NCBI GenBank assembly: GCA_024278215.1
Contig: JAJRTR010000167.1
Span: forward strand, 1 to 43,396
Source of the DNA: a bacterium
GTDB taxonomy: Bacteria > UBP15 > UBA6099 > JAJRTR01
Direction: 5' to 3'
Length of the DNA: 43,396 bases
Part shown: positions 1 to 9,819 of the stretch, in pieces
Layout: every line of letters starts with the position of its first letter
Numbering within the stretch: the first letter of the stretch is position 1
The notes under the pieces: generated by a model
What the model was told of the DNA's origin: nothing
Databases searched by the model: none
Seen by the model: only the letters and a program-made list of their open reading frames with translations
Made by a program: the position numbers and the translations under genes

Positions 1-2
1 CA

Positions 3-2348
3 GGCGGTACACTCACCGGCTCTATAGATATGGGCAATAACGCAATAACGAATATCGACTGGTCGGCATCCGACGACGGCACGGGAAGCGGACTCGATGC
101 GGATACGCTTGACGGCAGCGATTCGACAAGTTTCATGGCTGCGGGAACAGACAACTGGGTGGATGCCGCGGGCGACGCAATGACGGGCGATCTGAACGTG
201 GACGCGAATGTACTTGTGGCGGGCGACATAACGGCAGCGACGGGCACAATTACGGCGAATTACTTCAATGGCACATCGGGAGCGTTATTTGAAGGAAATA
301 CGGAAGTTAACGGGGCAATAATATCATCCGGAAATATCACAGCTTCGACGAGTACGATCACCGCACAGTTCTTCAGTGGCGACGGCTCGGCCCTGACTGG
401 TGTGACTGGAACAGATAATACGAAGCTGCTAAAGACCGGTGATGTAATGACGGGTAATCTCGAAGTGGACGCGGATGTCATAACATCCGGCGCGGTCACG
501 GCGGCGACAGGCACGATAACAGCCGATTATTACAATGGCACATCAGGCGCACTGCTGGCGGGCGACCTCGAAGTCAACTCGAACATTCTGACATCCGGCG
601 CGGTCACTGCGGCGACAGGTACGATAACGGCCAATTACTTCAATGGCACATCGGGAGCGTTATTTGAAGGGAATACGGAAGTTAACGGGGCAATAATATC
701 ATCAGGAAATATCACAGCTTCGACGAGTACGATAACGGCGAATGCGTTCATTGGCGACGGCTCGGCTCTGACGGGTGTGGTTGCGGCGGGGTCTGTCGCG
801 AAAACGGGCGATGCAATGACGGGCGACTTGAACGTGGGCGCGGATGTGCTTGTGGCGGGCGACATAACAGCGGCGACAGGCACGATAACAGCCGATTATT
901 ACAATGGCACATCAGGCGCACTGCTGGCGGGCGACCTCGAAGTCAACTCGAACATTCTGACATCCGGCGACATAACGGCAGCGACAGGCACAATTACGGC
1001 GAATTACTTCAATGGCACATCAGGCGCGTTATTTGAAGGGAATACGGAAGTTAACGGGGCAATAATATCATCCGGAAATATCACAGCTTCGACGAGTACG
1101 ATCACCGCACAGTTCTTCAGCGGCGACGGCTCGGCTCTGACGGGTGTGACTGGAACAGATAATACGAAGCTGCTTAAGACCGGTGATGTAATGACGGGTA
1201 ATCTCGAAGTTGACGCGGATGTCATAACATCCGGCGCGGTCACGGCGGCAACGGGTACGATAACCGCGAATTACTTCAATGGCACATCAGGAGCGCTGCT
1301 GGCGGGCGACCTCGAAGTCAACTCGAACATTCTAACATCCGGCGACATAACGGCAGCGACGGGCACGGTCACGGCGGCAGAAATGTTGTTGACCGGCAAC
1401 GCGACTGCTGCATACTTTTTCGGCGACGGCAGCAATCTGACGGGCGTGGTTGCAGCGGGGGCTGTCGCGAAAACGGGCGACGCAATGACGGGCGACTTGA
1501 ACGTGGGCGCGAATGTGCTTGTGGCGGGCGACATAACAGCGGCGACAGGAACGATCACGGCGAACGCGTTCAGCGGCGACGGCGCTGCGCTGACAAATGT
1601 AGTTCTGACAGCGGGAGACGAAATGTCCGGAGCTCTTGGAATAGCTGACAGCGCAGCGACGGCGAGTCTGTATGTATATAAAACAGGCACCGTCAACCAG
1701 GCGGCATATCTTGAAACAACATCCACAGGCAACGCAGCCGATGTCCTCTATGTAAAAACAGCAGGCACAGGTTCACTGATCGGAGGAGACCACACAGGTG
1801 CATCAGGCGATCTTATCAGGCTCGACAGCGGTGGAAACGACACATTTGTTGTCGACAAAAGTGGAAATGTATTCGCAAGCAGTACAATAACCGCCGGTAA
1901 CGGTTTGACAGTGTCGGGAGGCACAGTAAGTCTTCCCGCAGGAGAAATCGACGACGCGGAAATATCACCGACAGCCGATATAATGAAAAGCGGTGCCACG
2001 ATATTCATAGACGGAAACGGAAGCGCGATCACAACCGGAGAGAAGCAGTACTATATAAGCTGGCCGTTCAACTGCAAAATCACAAAAGTCAGATTGCTCG
2101 CGGACCAGAGCTCCAACACGACAATTGATATATGGAACGACTCCTACGCCAATTTCCCGCCGACAGACCTGGACAGCCTGTTCGATGTAGCTTCCGAACC
2201 TGCACTTGCCGGAACAACGAAAGCGGAAGTCACTTCATTCGACACCGGTGAAGACTCGATATCGCAGGGTGACATCACCATGATCAGAGTAGATGCAAAC
2301 GACAGCGCGACATTACTGTCGATCACATTTGAAGTTACAAGGCAGTGA
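3..2348 (+). CDS. Repetitive fibrous surface protein with phage tail-fibre-like motifs (5' end outside window)
   Basis: Frame is open from base 3 (GGTLTGSIDMGNNAI...). Repeated GDxMTGxL, TGTITAxxF and F[SI]GDGSALTGV modules, a GSGLDADTLDG motif and a ~120-aa non-repetitive C-terminal beta domain. Confidence 0.75.
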   Translation, partial: GGTLTGSIDMGNNAITNIDWSASDDGTGSGLDADTLDGSDSTSFMAAGTDNWVDAAGDAMTGDLNVDANVLVAGDITAATGTITANYFNGTSGALFEGNTEVNGAIISSGNITASTSTITAQFFSGDGSALTGVTGTDNTKLLKTGDVMTGNLEVDADVITSGAVTAATGTITADYYNGTSGALLAGDLEVNSNILTSGAVTAATGTITANYFNGTSGALFEGNTEVNGAIISSGNITASTSTITANAFIGDGSALTGVVAAGSVAKTGDAMTGDLNVGADVLVAGDITAATGTITADYYNGTSGALLAGDLEVNSNILTSGDITAATGTITANYFNGTSGALFEGNTEVNGAIISSGNITASTSTITAQFFSGDGSALTGVTGTDNTKLLKTGDVMTGNLEVDADVITSGAVTAATGTITANYFNGTSGALLAGDLEVNSNILTSGDITAATGTVTAAEMLLTGNATAAYFFGDGSNLTGVVAAGAVAKTGDAMTGDLNVGANVLVAGDITAATGTITANAFSGDGAALTNVVLTAGDEMSGALGIADSAATASLYVYKTGTVNQAAYLETTSTGNAADVLYVKTAGTGSLIGGDHTGASGDLIRLDSGGNDTFVVDKSGNVFASSTITAGNGLTVSGGTVSLPAGEIDDAEISPTADIMKSGATIFIDGNGSAITTGEKQYYISWPFNCKITKVRLLADQSSNTTIDIWNDSYANFPPTDLDSLFDVASEPALAGTTKAEVTSFDTGEDSISQGDITMIRVDANDSATLLSITFEVTRQ
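225..1580 (+). repeat. Intragenic near-identical modular direct repeats in the fibre gene
   Basis: For example ~243-520 recurs at ~987-1264 (744-bp offset) with mostly synonymous differences; sub-modules recur at ~620-770, ~870-990 and ~1270-1360. Confidence 0.9.
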
Positions 2349-2367
2349 GAAACAAAGGTAACTATTT

Positions 2368-3036
2368 ATGAAGAAACAGAATCTTTCGATTTTCATGTTG
2401 AGAACATCCGTAATAGTGGCAATAGTGTTTCTGCTATACGGATGTGTGGCTCTTTCAAAATCAATAATTGCTGAAAACGCCAACAAAAAAGGTGCGGCGG
2501 CATACGAAACCGGCGATTATCCGCTTGCAGAAATCTATTTCGAATCCGCCGTAAACGTCAACCCGAGGTATGCTTCGGCGTGGCTCAACCTTGCCCGTGT
2601 CGCCGCCAAACGACGCAACTACGACCTTGCAATCAGCTCTTACAATAATGTTCTCGATCATTCCGCCAACCCGGACAACATCAGGCTCGCAAGACTCGGC
2701 CTCGCGAATATTTACAACGACACCTCCATCGAAGAACCATTAAGGAAAAAAGGATGGTACAAAAAAGCAATCGCCCAACTCGAAGCCCTTGTCGACCAAT
2801 ATCCGGACAATCCTCAGTACCGGCTCCAGCTCGGCTTCGCTTTCTTCAACGCCGCCAATCCCGGATCGGGCATGGAACAACTATCGGTCGCCTCCAGGCT
2901 GGCCAACACGCCTGAAACTCGATGGGTACATAACAAACTGCTGGATTTTTATCTTAAAATAAATCTAAAAGGAAACGCGAAAAAAGAGAGAAACATCCTT
3001 GACAGCGCTGAATTGTTGACACAGAGCAATAACTGA
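2368..3036 (+). CDS. TPR-repeat lipoprotein
   Basis: Signal peptide with lipobox LYG-C; TPR patterns (GDYPLAEIYFESAVNVNPRYASAWLNLA; YPDNPQYRLQLG). Confidence 0.8.
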   Translation: MKKQNLSIFMLRTSVIVAIVFLLYGCVALSKSIIAENANKKGAAAYETGDYPLAEIYFESAVNVNPRYASAWLNLARVAAKRRNYDLAISSYNNVLDHSANPDNIRLARLGLANIYNDTSIEEPLRKKGWYKKAIAQLEALVDQYPDNPQYRLQLGFAFFNAANPGSGMEQLSVASRLANTPETRWVHNKLLDFYLKINLKGNAKKERNILDSAELLTQSNN

Positions 3037-3089
3037 CATCATGAGATTTACCGGACATGCGGCAAGCGCAGACATGTAAAGGTGCATAG

Positions 3090-5414
3090 ATGAAAAGAGA
3101 AAAAAGGAAAAGCATTCTCATAGCAGCGACAATCGCGATGATGACAGCCGGAATCGCGATGATGATTTTCGCATACAGCAACAACGACGGCGCGTCGGTT
3201 GTCGTCGGCCAATCGAAGTTTTCATACAGCGGCGCGAACGGACTTAACCCCGACGCCAACACCAGCAACAACACTTCATCGGTTTTTGTAAGCTCCGACT
3301 CGAAAATGATAGTGGCCGACTCCGAAAACAACCGCGTGCTGATCTTCAACAGCATTCCGTCGAGCAGCAACGCCGCGGCGGACGTCGTAATCGGGCAACC
3401 AGACATGACCTCTGTCGACGCCAACCAGGGCGGGGCCGTCGCCGCCAACACCCTCGACAGTCCCTATTCCGCCTTCGCGACCGCATCAAAACTTTATATA
3501 GCAGACAGGGACAACAACCGTGTTCTTATCTACAACAGCATACCGACAACAGACAACCAGCCAGCCGACGTCGTCGTCGGGCAACCGGACAAAATAAGCA
3601 GTACCGCCGGTCTCTCCGCCACAGCCCTGAGCCTGCCATACGGCGTGACAAGCGACGGTACAAAACTCTTCATTGCAGACAGGAGCAACAACCGCGTCCT
3701 GATCTTCAACAGCATTCCCACCACGGACGGCGCGAGCGCCAATGTCGTCGTCGGCCAGCCCGACATGACATCAAACCTCGCCAACAACGGCGGCATCAGC
3801 GCCAAATCGCTACAGAATCCAAGATTCGCTTATTCAGACGGAACAAAACTTTTCATCGCCGACACAAACAACCATCGAGTCCTCATTTTCAACAGCATTC
3901 CAGGCGCTGATTTTGCAAGCGCGGACGTTGTCATAGGACAACCCGACATGGTTTCCAATACAGGCAACAACGGCGGGCTCAGCGCATCCACCCTATATTA
4001 TCCACAATGCGTTTACACGGACGGCACGAAGCTTTTTATCACAGACACATACAACCACAGAGTTCTTATTTTCAACAGCGTTCCGGCGGTCGACGGTGCA
4101 AGCGCGAACACGGTAATCGGACAGATAAACATGACATCGGCGAGTTCCGGCGCAAGCGCATCGAAACTCGCCTATCCCATAACAGGCTTCTATGACGGAA
4201 CAAAGTTTTTCATCGCCGACAGCAACAACCATAGAGGCTTGATATTCAACACCCTGCCGACATCGGACGGCGCGAGCGCGGACTACGCCATCGGCCAGCA
4301 GAACCTCACAGACAACTCGGCGAACCAGGGCAGCGAAGTCACCGCAAGCAATGTCAGCCTGCCCTATTCAGCATATTCCGACGGCACAAAACTCTTCATT
4401 GCAGACAGGGACAACAGCAGGGTACTGATCTACAACAGCATCCCCACCGTCAGCGGCACGAGCGCCGACGTCGTCGTCGGACAACCTGATATGGTTTCCT
4501 CGGCGCTTAACCAGGGCGGCACGGCTGCGACCAACACACTCAAGCAGCCACGCTTCGCCTTCAGCGACGGCACAAAACTTTTCATCGCCGATACAAACAA
4601 CAATCGCGTCCTGATCTATAACAGCATACCGGTCGCCAACGATGCCAACGCCGATGTCGTCGTCGGCCAGCCCGACATGGTTTCCGCTCTCGCCAACCAG
4701 GGCGGCGGACCGGCTGCAAACACACTGTACACACCCATGTCCATCAGTGTCGACAGTTCAGGAAAACTCTACATTGCAGACACATACAACCACAGAGTAC
4801 TTATCTACAACAGCGTGCCCGCCGTCAACGACGCAAGCGCCAACGTCGTCGTCGGCCAGCCTGACAAGGTCTCCAACATCGCCAACAACGGCGGCATCAG
4901 CGCGGCCGTCCTCTGGTATCCCACAGGCGTCTATTCGGACAACACAAAACTTTATATAGCGGACAGCACCAACCACAGAGTCCTCATTTTCAACTCGATA
5001 CCCGCCGCCGACGGCACAAGCGCCGATGTCGTCGTCGGCCAACCGGATATGGTTTCCCGCAACGCAAACCAGGGTGCCGGTGCCGCCGCAAATACTCTCA
5101 ATACACCCAACGCCGCTTACTCCGACGGCACAAGCCTTTTTGTCGCCGATTCGCTGAATCACAGAATGCTCATTTTCAACTCGATACCGGTCGCCGACAA
5201 CACTTCCGCCGACACCGTCATCGGCCAGCCCGACATGACATCCAGCAGTATAAACCAGGGTGAACCCGCACCGGCCAGTAATACACTCAACTGGCCCGCG
5301 ACTGTCTACGATGACGGCACCTATATGTACATCGCCGATCTTCAGAATAATCGCGTCCTCATTTATAGTAATACCGCTCCTTATATCGAGAGCGGACAGG
5401 TGATTTATTATTAA
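3090..5414 (+). CDS. Secreted/anchored NHL-repeat beta-propeller protein (12 repeats)
   Basis: N-terminal hydrophobic segment; twelve ~60-aa repeats ADVVVGQPDM...P...DGTKLFIAD..N[NH]RVLI[FY]N. Confidence 0.85.
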   Translation: MKREKRKSILIAATIAMMTAGIAMMIFAYSNNDGASVVVGQSKFSYSGANGLNPDANTSNNTSSVFVSSDSKMIVADSENNRVLIFNSIPSSSNAAADVVIGQPDMTSVDANQGGAVAANTLDSPYSAFATASKLYIADRDNNRVLIYNSIPTTDNQPADVVVGQPDKISSTAGLSATALSLPYGVTSDGTKLFIADRSNNRVLIFNSIPTTDGASANVVVGQPDMTSNLANNGGISAKSLQNPRFAYSDGTKLFIADTNNHRVLIFNSIPGADFASADVVIGQPDMVSNTGNNGGLSASTLYYPQCVYTDGTKLFITDTYNHRVLIFNSVPAVDGASANTVIGQINMTSASSGASASKLAYPITGFYDGTKFFIADSNNHRGLIFNTLPTSDGASADYAIGQQNLTDNSANQGSEVTASNVSLPYSAYSDGTKLFIADRDNSRVLIYNSIPTVSGTSADVVVGQPDMVSSALNQGGTAATNTLKQPRFAFSDGTKLFIADTNNNRVLIYNSIPVANDANADVVVGQPDMVSALANQGGGPAANTLYTPMSISVDSSGKLYIADTYNHRVLIYNSVPAVNDASANVVVGQPDKVSNIANNGGISAAVLWYPTGVYSDNTKLYIADSTNHRVLIFNSIPAADGTSADVVVGQPDMVSRNANQGAGAAANTLNTPNAAYSDGTSLFVADSLNHRMLIFNSIPVADNTSADTVIGQPDMTSSSINQGEPAPASNTLNWPATVYDDGTYMYIADLQNNRVLIYSNTAPYIESGQVIYY

Positions 5415-5455
5415 CCGGAATGCGAAGCCAGTCCGATGAAAGACGAATAACGTGA

Positions 5456-5634
5456 GAGCCAGTTGCAAAATTATGTTCGAAGCGAGGTCGAGCAAAATTG
5501 GTCGGAAGCAAGGCGGAGGTGCAAAATCCCCGCAGGCGTACTTGTAGAGTACGTCGAGTATGATTTTGTGCCGACAACGCAACTGTTGCCAATTGCAGCC
5601 GACCGTAGCCTAATCAGAATTTTGCAATTGGCTC
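5456..5634 (+). mobile_element. ~178-bp palindromic MITE/RPE-like element, copy A
   Basis: Terminal inverted repeats GAGCCAGTTGCAAAATT / AATTTTGCAATTGGCTC; alignable to five other full copies in the window. Confidence 0.85.
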
Positions 5635-5676
5635 GTAAAAATGAAATTAACAACAATAAGTAAAACCGGAGAAGGA

Positions 5677-7770
5677 ATGAAAAGGCTTATCATTCTCATC
5701 GCTGCCGCCATTCTGTTTTTGCCTGTCTGCGCATTATGCGCCGTCGCAAAAACCGCCGGCGATTACGAACTGCTGCTTGAAACCGCTTCCCTCGGCGGAG
5801 ATGCGGGAGACATGGCGGGCAATATGGAATTGCATTGCGCAATCGGACAGCCCGTCGGCCATGATCAGTTCGCGCAGGATGTCTATGAACTATTCGGAGG
5901 ATTCCTCGGCGTTGTCGATGAGACCGCACCCACGATCAACATATCGAACCCCGCATCCGCAACGACAATCGGCGGCCCGGTCGGCATCACCGGATCCGTC
6001 TTCGACGAAAATATCACACAGTGGACTATAGAATACGGAGCGGGCGCATCGCCGTCCACCTGGGACCAACTCAGCGACGGAAACACGAATGTCACATCCT
6101 CGAACCTTGCCCCCTGGGACGCCTCGCTCCTTGGCGGCACCTACTCGGCACGCCTCACCGCAACCGACGACCGCGGCAACACCGCGACATCAGCGGTCAG
6201 CTTCACCATTGAAAACAGCCTCAGCATCAGCGGCACAATCCCAATGCACAAATGGGTATTCCTCTCGATGCCCCTCGGCGTCGACCCGGACGATCCGCTT
6301 TCCCTGTACGGCACAGATTACGAATACAAAGTATTCCGCTGGAACCCCGACAGTGAATACATGCAGGATTCCGGCAGATATGAATATCCCGAACACCTGA
6401 CGGCAGGCACAGGATACTGGGTGAAAGCGTACAACAAGGATTTGCCTTACAGTTACAACGGCGTCCTCTCGGACACAACACAGGATTACGCAGTCAGCGT
6501 GAAAGAAGGCTGGAACCAGATCGGCACGCCATACTCTGAAAACTACCCCTGGGCTTATGTGAAAGTCGGGCAGGGAGCCGAAACTTATGATATGGCGACT
6601 GCCGTTTCCATGGGCCTGCTTTCCCAGACAATCACTACATTCGATGCCGACATTAACGGATGGGTTCAGCACGATCTTTCAACCGACATGGAACCATACA
6701 CAGGCTACAACGTGCGGGCATACCAGGATTTGGAGCTTCTTTTCGACCCAGCCGTCATCATCTCCGGCAGTGTCCCCAGGCAGCTCTCACGAATCATACG
6801 GGTACCGCATGAATTCAACGTAAAAATATCCGCCGCCGCCACGCACTCCGCCGACCCGGACAACTACTTCGGCATATCACCCGCCGCCGCTCGCGAATTC
6901 GATCCCCTCGATTACGAAGAGCCATTCCATTCTCCAGGCGGTTACTTCACTTCATTATATTTCGACCACGACAACTGGCAGCGAATGGCCGGCAGGTATG
7001 CAAACGATTTGCGCAACGCAGCCGCCGTGACGGCTCAATCAGGCGACTGGGATTTCAACGTCGAAACAAATGAAACCGGACAGACCGTCACACTCTCATG
7101 GGACAGCTCTAAACTTCCCGCGGACCGCTATACCTTCACACTCGTGGACCTCACGACAGGCACTCGAATCGATATGACCACACAGTCCTCCTACGTATAC
7201 ACAGCAGCAGGCGAAGGCAATGCCCTGAACAGCTTCAGAATCGAAGTAAGGAGAAAAGACACCGTGCAGGTCGTGCGCTCGATCACACTCGCTCCCGGCT
7301 GGAACCTCGTCAGTGTACCGCTCGACCCGGAAGTCACAAGCGCCCTGGCTCAACTCGGCGACGACCTGCCCATACTCGACGTGTTCCAGTTCTTCGACGG
7401 GAAATTCTATCCCGCGGAAGAAGCCGACATACAGGCCGGTATCGGCTACTGGATACACGTCGATAAAAACACAGAGATTGACATAGAAGGAGAGTTGCCC
7501 GAAAACACCATCAAGGTACCACTCAGCATCGGATGGAACATGATCGGCAACCCCTACGAAGCTACCGTTCAGTGGAGCGACGACGCCATCTCATTTATAT
7601 GCAACGGCGCGCGAAAAACATTATCACAGGCAGTATCTGAAAAACTCGTCGTCGACGGACTGTACGAATATACCGGCGAGGGATACACCCCCGCCGAAGC
7701 ACTGCTTCCCTGGCACGGTTATTTCTTCAGGTCGGCATCAAAATGCGAACTGGAAATCACCGGTCCGTAG
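5677..7770 (+). CDS. Secreted Ig-like/beta-sandwich surface protein
   Basis: RBS GGAGAAGGA before ATG 5677; signal peptide MKRLIILIAAAILFL; Big-like segment (DETAPTINISNP...LTATDDRGN); recurring GWN[LQM][IV] motifs. Confidence 0.7.
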   Translation: MKRLIILIAAAILFLPVCALCAVAKTAGDYELLLETASLGGDAGDMAGNMELHCAIGQPVGHDQFAQDVYELFGGFLGVVDETAPTINISNPASATTIGGPVGITGSVFDENITQWTIEYGAGASPSTWDQLSDGNTNVTSSNLAPWDASLLGGTYSARLTATDDRGNTATSAVSFTIENSLSISGTIPMHKWVFLSMPLGVDPDDPLSLYGTDYEYKVFRWNPDSEYMQDSGRYEYPEHLTAGTGYWVKAYNKDLPYSYNGVLSDTTQDYAVSVKEGWNQIGTPYSENYPWAYVKVGQGAETYDMATAVSMGLLSQTITTFDADINGWVQHDLSTDMEPYTGYNVRAYQDLELLFDPAVIISGSVPRQLSRIIRVPHEFNVKISAAATHSADPDNYFGISPAAAREFDPLDYEEPFHSPGGYFTSLYFDHDNWQRMAGRYANDLRNAAAVTAQSGDWDFNVETNETGQTVTLSWDSSKLPADRYTFTLVDLTTGTRIDMTTQSSYVYTAAGEGNALNSFRIEVRRKDTVQVVRSITLAPGWNLVSVPLDPEVTSALAQLGDDLPILDVFQFFDGKFYPAEEADIQAGIGYWIHVDKNTEIDIEGELPENTIKVPLSIGWNMIGNPYEATVQWSDDAISFICNGARKTLSQAVSEKLVVDGLYEYTGEGYTPAEALLPWHGYFFRSASKCELEITGP

Positions 7771-7856
7771 ATATTATCCCACATATTCAACCCCCAATGC
7801 GGGTTATGGGTTTGCTGTTTCGATAGACCTGGAATATAGAAAGCGCCAGTTGTAAC

Positions 7857-8034
7857 GAGCCAATTGCAAAATTATGTTCGTAGCGATGTCGAGCGAAATT
7901 GTTCAGAGCAAGGCAGAGATGTAACATCCCCGCAGGCGTACTTGTAAAGCATGTCGAGGACGATTTCGCGCCGACAACGCAGCTATGGACAATAGCAGCC
8001 GACCTCAGCAAAATCATAATTTTGCAATTGGCTC
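7857..8034 (+). mobile_element. ~178-bp palindromic element, copy B
   Basis: GAGCCAATTGCAAAATTATG...CATAATTTTGCAATTGGCTC between convergent genes. Confidence 0.85.
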
Positions 8035-8042
8035 TAGCGTTA

Positions 8043-9050
8043 TTACTTCCCCGGCTTTGTCCCGATAATCAGCGAAGAGTGCGACGGTATCTCTACGCGC
8101 TTCATTTTCTTAAAGCCCGCCGCCGACATCCACGACTTGATCTCCTTTTCAGTGTAGGAGGCGCCGCAGTCGGTGTTTACCAGCATATTGACGGAAAACA
8201 GCGCCGCCTGCACCGGCGAAGTTTTATTCGGATCGAGCACGAAATCGCGCACTACAAGCCGCCCGCCCGGGTTCAGGGCAGTGTAGCCTTTTTTTATAAT
8301 ACGCTTGTTGACAGCCGGAGAATATATGTGGATGATGCTGGACATAAAAACAAGGTCGTAACCGCGCCCGAGTGCATCCTTCGTGAAGTCGCCTTCCACG
8401 GTGCCGACCCTGTCGCTCATACCCGATTCCTCGATGAACTCGCGTGTTGTCTCCAGCGTCGCCGGCATATCGAAGACATTGCCGGTGATTTCAGGATTCG
8501 CCCGGATCATCTCGAACAGGAAAATCCCCGGCCCACCGCCGACATCCAGCACCCTCCTCACATTTGAAAGGTCGATGCTGCCCGCGACCCGGCGCGCCGC
8601 ATCTCGCCCGACGTCCGCCATAGCCCTGATGAAGTGCCGGGTCCTCTCCCTGACAGACTGCTCGCTCGTGTCGGGTTTCGGGATCGGTTTGCCGGTTCTT
8701 ATCGCCGTTGGGAGTTCGAGCCAGGCGCGGCGCATATTTATCACGTGATTGACCATGTTACCCATGTATGAAGATGACGCCGGATCGAGATATTCACGCG
8801 ACAGTTTTGACATATAAAACATATCTTTGCGTTTTGTCAACAGGTCGATCGCCACAAGCGCATTAAGAAGTATCTCTGTGCCGCGCCTGTCAGTCCCGAG
8901 CGCGTTTGCAACTTGAACAGCCGTGCGCGGTTTTTCCGCTATAAGGTCGAACACTCCAAGTTCCGCACCGGCGCACAGCACATCTGTGAAGCGGTGTCCC
9001 GACATGAGTCTTTCGATTTCGTCCCGTAAATCCCTGTTCTTTTTTGTCAT
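8043..9050 (-). CDS. SAM-dependent O-methyltransferase (dimerisation + Methyltransf_2 type)
   Basis: VLDVGGGPG SAM motif, GDF, N-terminal AELGVFDLI wHTH dimerisation region; GGAGG RBS before ATG 9050. Confidence 0.85.
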   Translation of the reverse strand: MTKKNRDLRDEIERLMSGHRFTDVLCAGAELGVFDLIAEKPRTAVQVANALGTDRRGTEILLNALVAIDLLTKRKDMFYMSKLSREYLDPASSSYMGNMVNHVINMRRAWLELPTAIRTGKPIPKPDTSEQSVRERTRHFIRAMADVGRDAARRVAGSIDLSNVRRVLDVGGGPGIFLFEMIRANPEITGNVFDMPATLETTREFIEESGMSDRVGTVEGDFTKDALGRGYDLVFMSSIIHIYSPAVNKRIIKKGYTALNPGGRLVVRDFVLDPNKTSPVQAALFSVNMLVNTDCGASYTEKEIKSWMSAAGFKKMKRVEIPSHSSLIIGTKPGK

Positions 9051-9217
9051 CGCCGGACCCTCCGAAAACAAGCTTTTCTATATATTCATTGAATGTTATC
9101 ACAGAATCTCCCCGCGTTTCTTTTCGCGAACCTTAACTTCCCTTATCAATCCGTCCGGCCACCATTATAACACCAGTTATCCTGCGCAGGTTCCCGTGCC
9201 GTGCTGTTAAATGGAGA

Positions 9218-9239
9218 CAGGGCTCTTGCAGGAGCCCTG
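9218..9239. repeat. GC-rich hairpin (terminator or REP-like) downstream of the TPR gene
   Basis: CAGGGCTC-N6-GAGCCCTG; no clear U-tract. Confidence 0.4.
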
Positions 9240-9273
9240 CTATGCTGCTGAACATCCGAAAAACGATCTGCAA

Positions 9274-9819
9274 CTATTTCGCCGATTTTATTTCTTTCTT
9301 CTTTTCCGCTTTCGTGAGTTGCGTGTTGATCTTTTCGGCTTTCTCGAAGGCGGCCAGCGCGGCTTCGGTTTTCTTCATGGTTTTCAGGACGTGGCCATAG
9401 GACATATAGAGGTGATAAGCCTGTTTGCCGACAGGCGGGGCCTTTTTTATACCGGCTTCGAGCACTTCAGCCGCTTTTTCGGGCTTACCCATTTCGAGGT
9501 AGACCTGGCCGAGGTAGTCGAACATGTCGAGTTGCATGAGCGCGCCGTCGCTGTTTTCCATGCCTTCGGGAAACTCGAGCGCGACAATGGCTTCAAGCTC
9601 TTTGGCCGTCTCCGCCAGTTTCTTTTTTTCGTATAGAAGGTCCGCTTTTTCATAGTGAACCATCGCTTTTTCAAACGCGAGGTCATACTGCTGCTTGATT
9701 TCCTGGGGCGACATCTTCTTTTCCGTTTTTTGTTCCTGTGCCGCTGCCGGTGCCGCGGTGAACACCGCCGCCAGCATGATCACCAGCACTACCGCCATGA
9801 TGATGTTCCGTTTTGTCAT
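9274..9819 (-). CDS. Secreted TPR protein
   Basis: Signal peptide (AAAQ cleavage site), TPR patterns (LGQVYLEMGKPEKAAEVLEAGI); ATGA overlap with the upstream gene. Confidence 0.75.
   Translation of the reverse strand: MTKRNIIMAVVLVIMLAAVFTAAPAAAQEQKTEKKMSPQEIKQQYDLAFEKAMVHYEKADLLYEKKKLAETAKELEAIVALEFPEGMENSDGALMQLDMFDYLGQVYLEMGKPEKAAEVLEAGIKKAPPVGKQAYHLYMSYGHVLKTMKKTEAALAAFEKAEKINTQLTKAEKKKEIKSAK

Noticed and set aside
225-1580. Diversity-generating retroelement TR/VR pair in the fibre gene
   Set aside because: Differences between repeats are mostly synonymous rather than adenine-specific, and no reverse transcriptase is in the window.
5463-5663. Short ORFs within element copies (also 7787-8017, 36577-36816, 41443-41794)
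   Set aside because: They are translations of the repeat itself, without RBS or protein-family features.
7778-7790. 13-bp match CCCACATATTCAA also at 41819-41831
   Set aside because: Short, not in a consistent orientation relative to nearby elements; compatible with chance.
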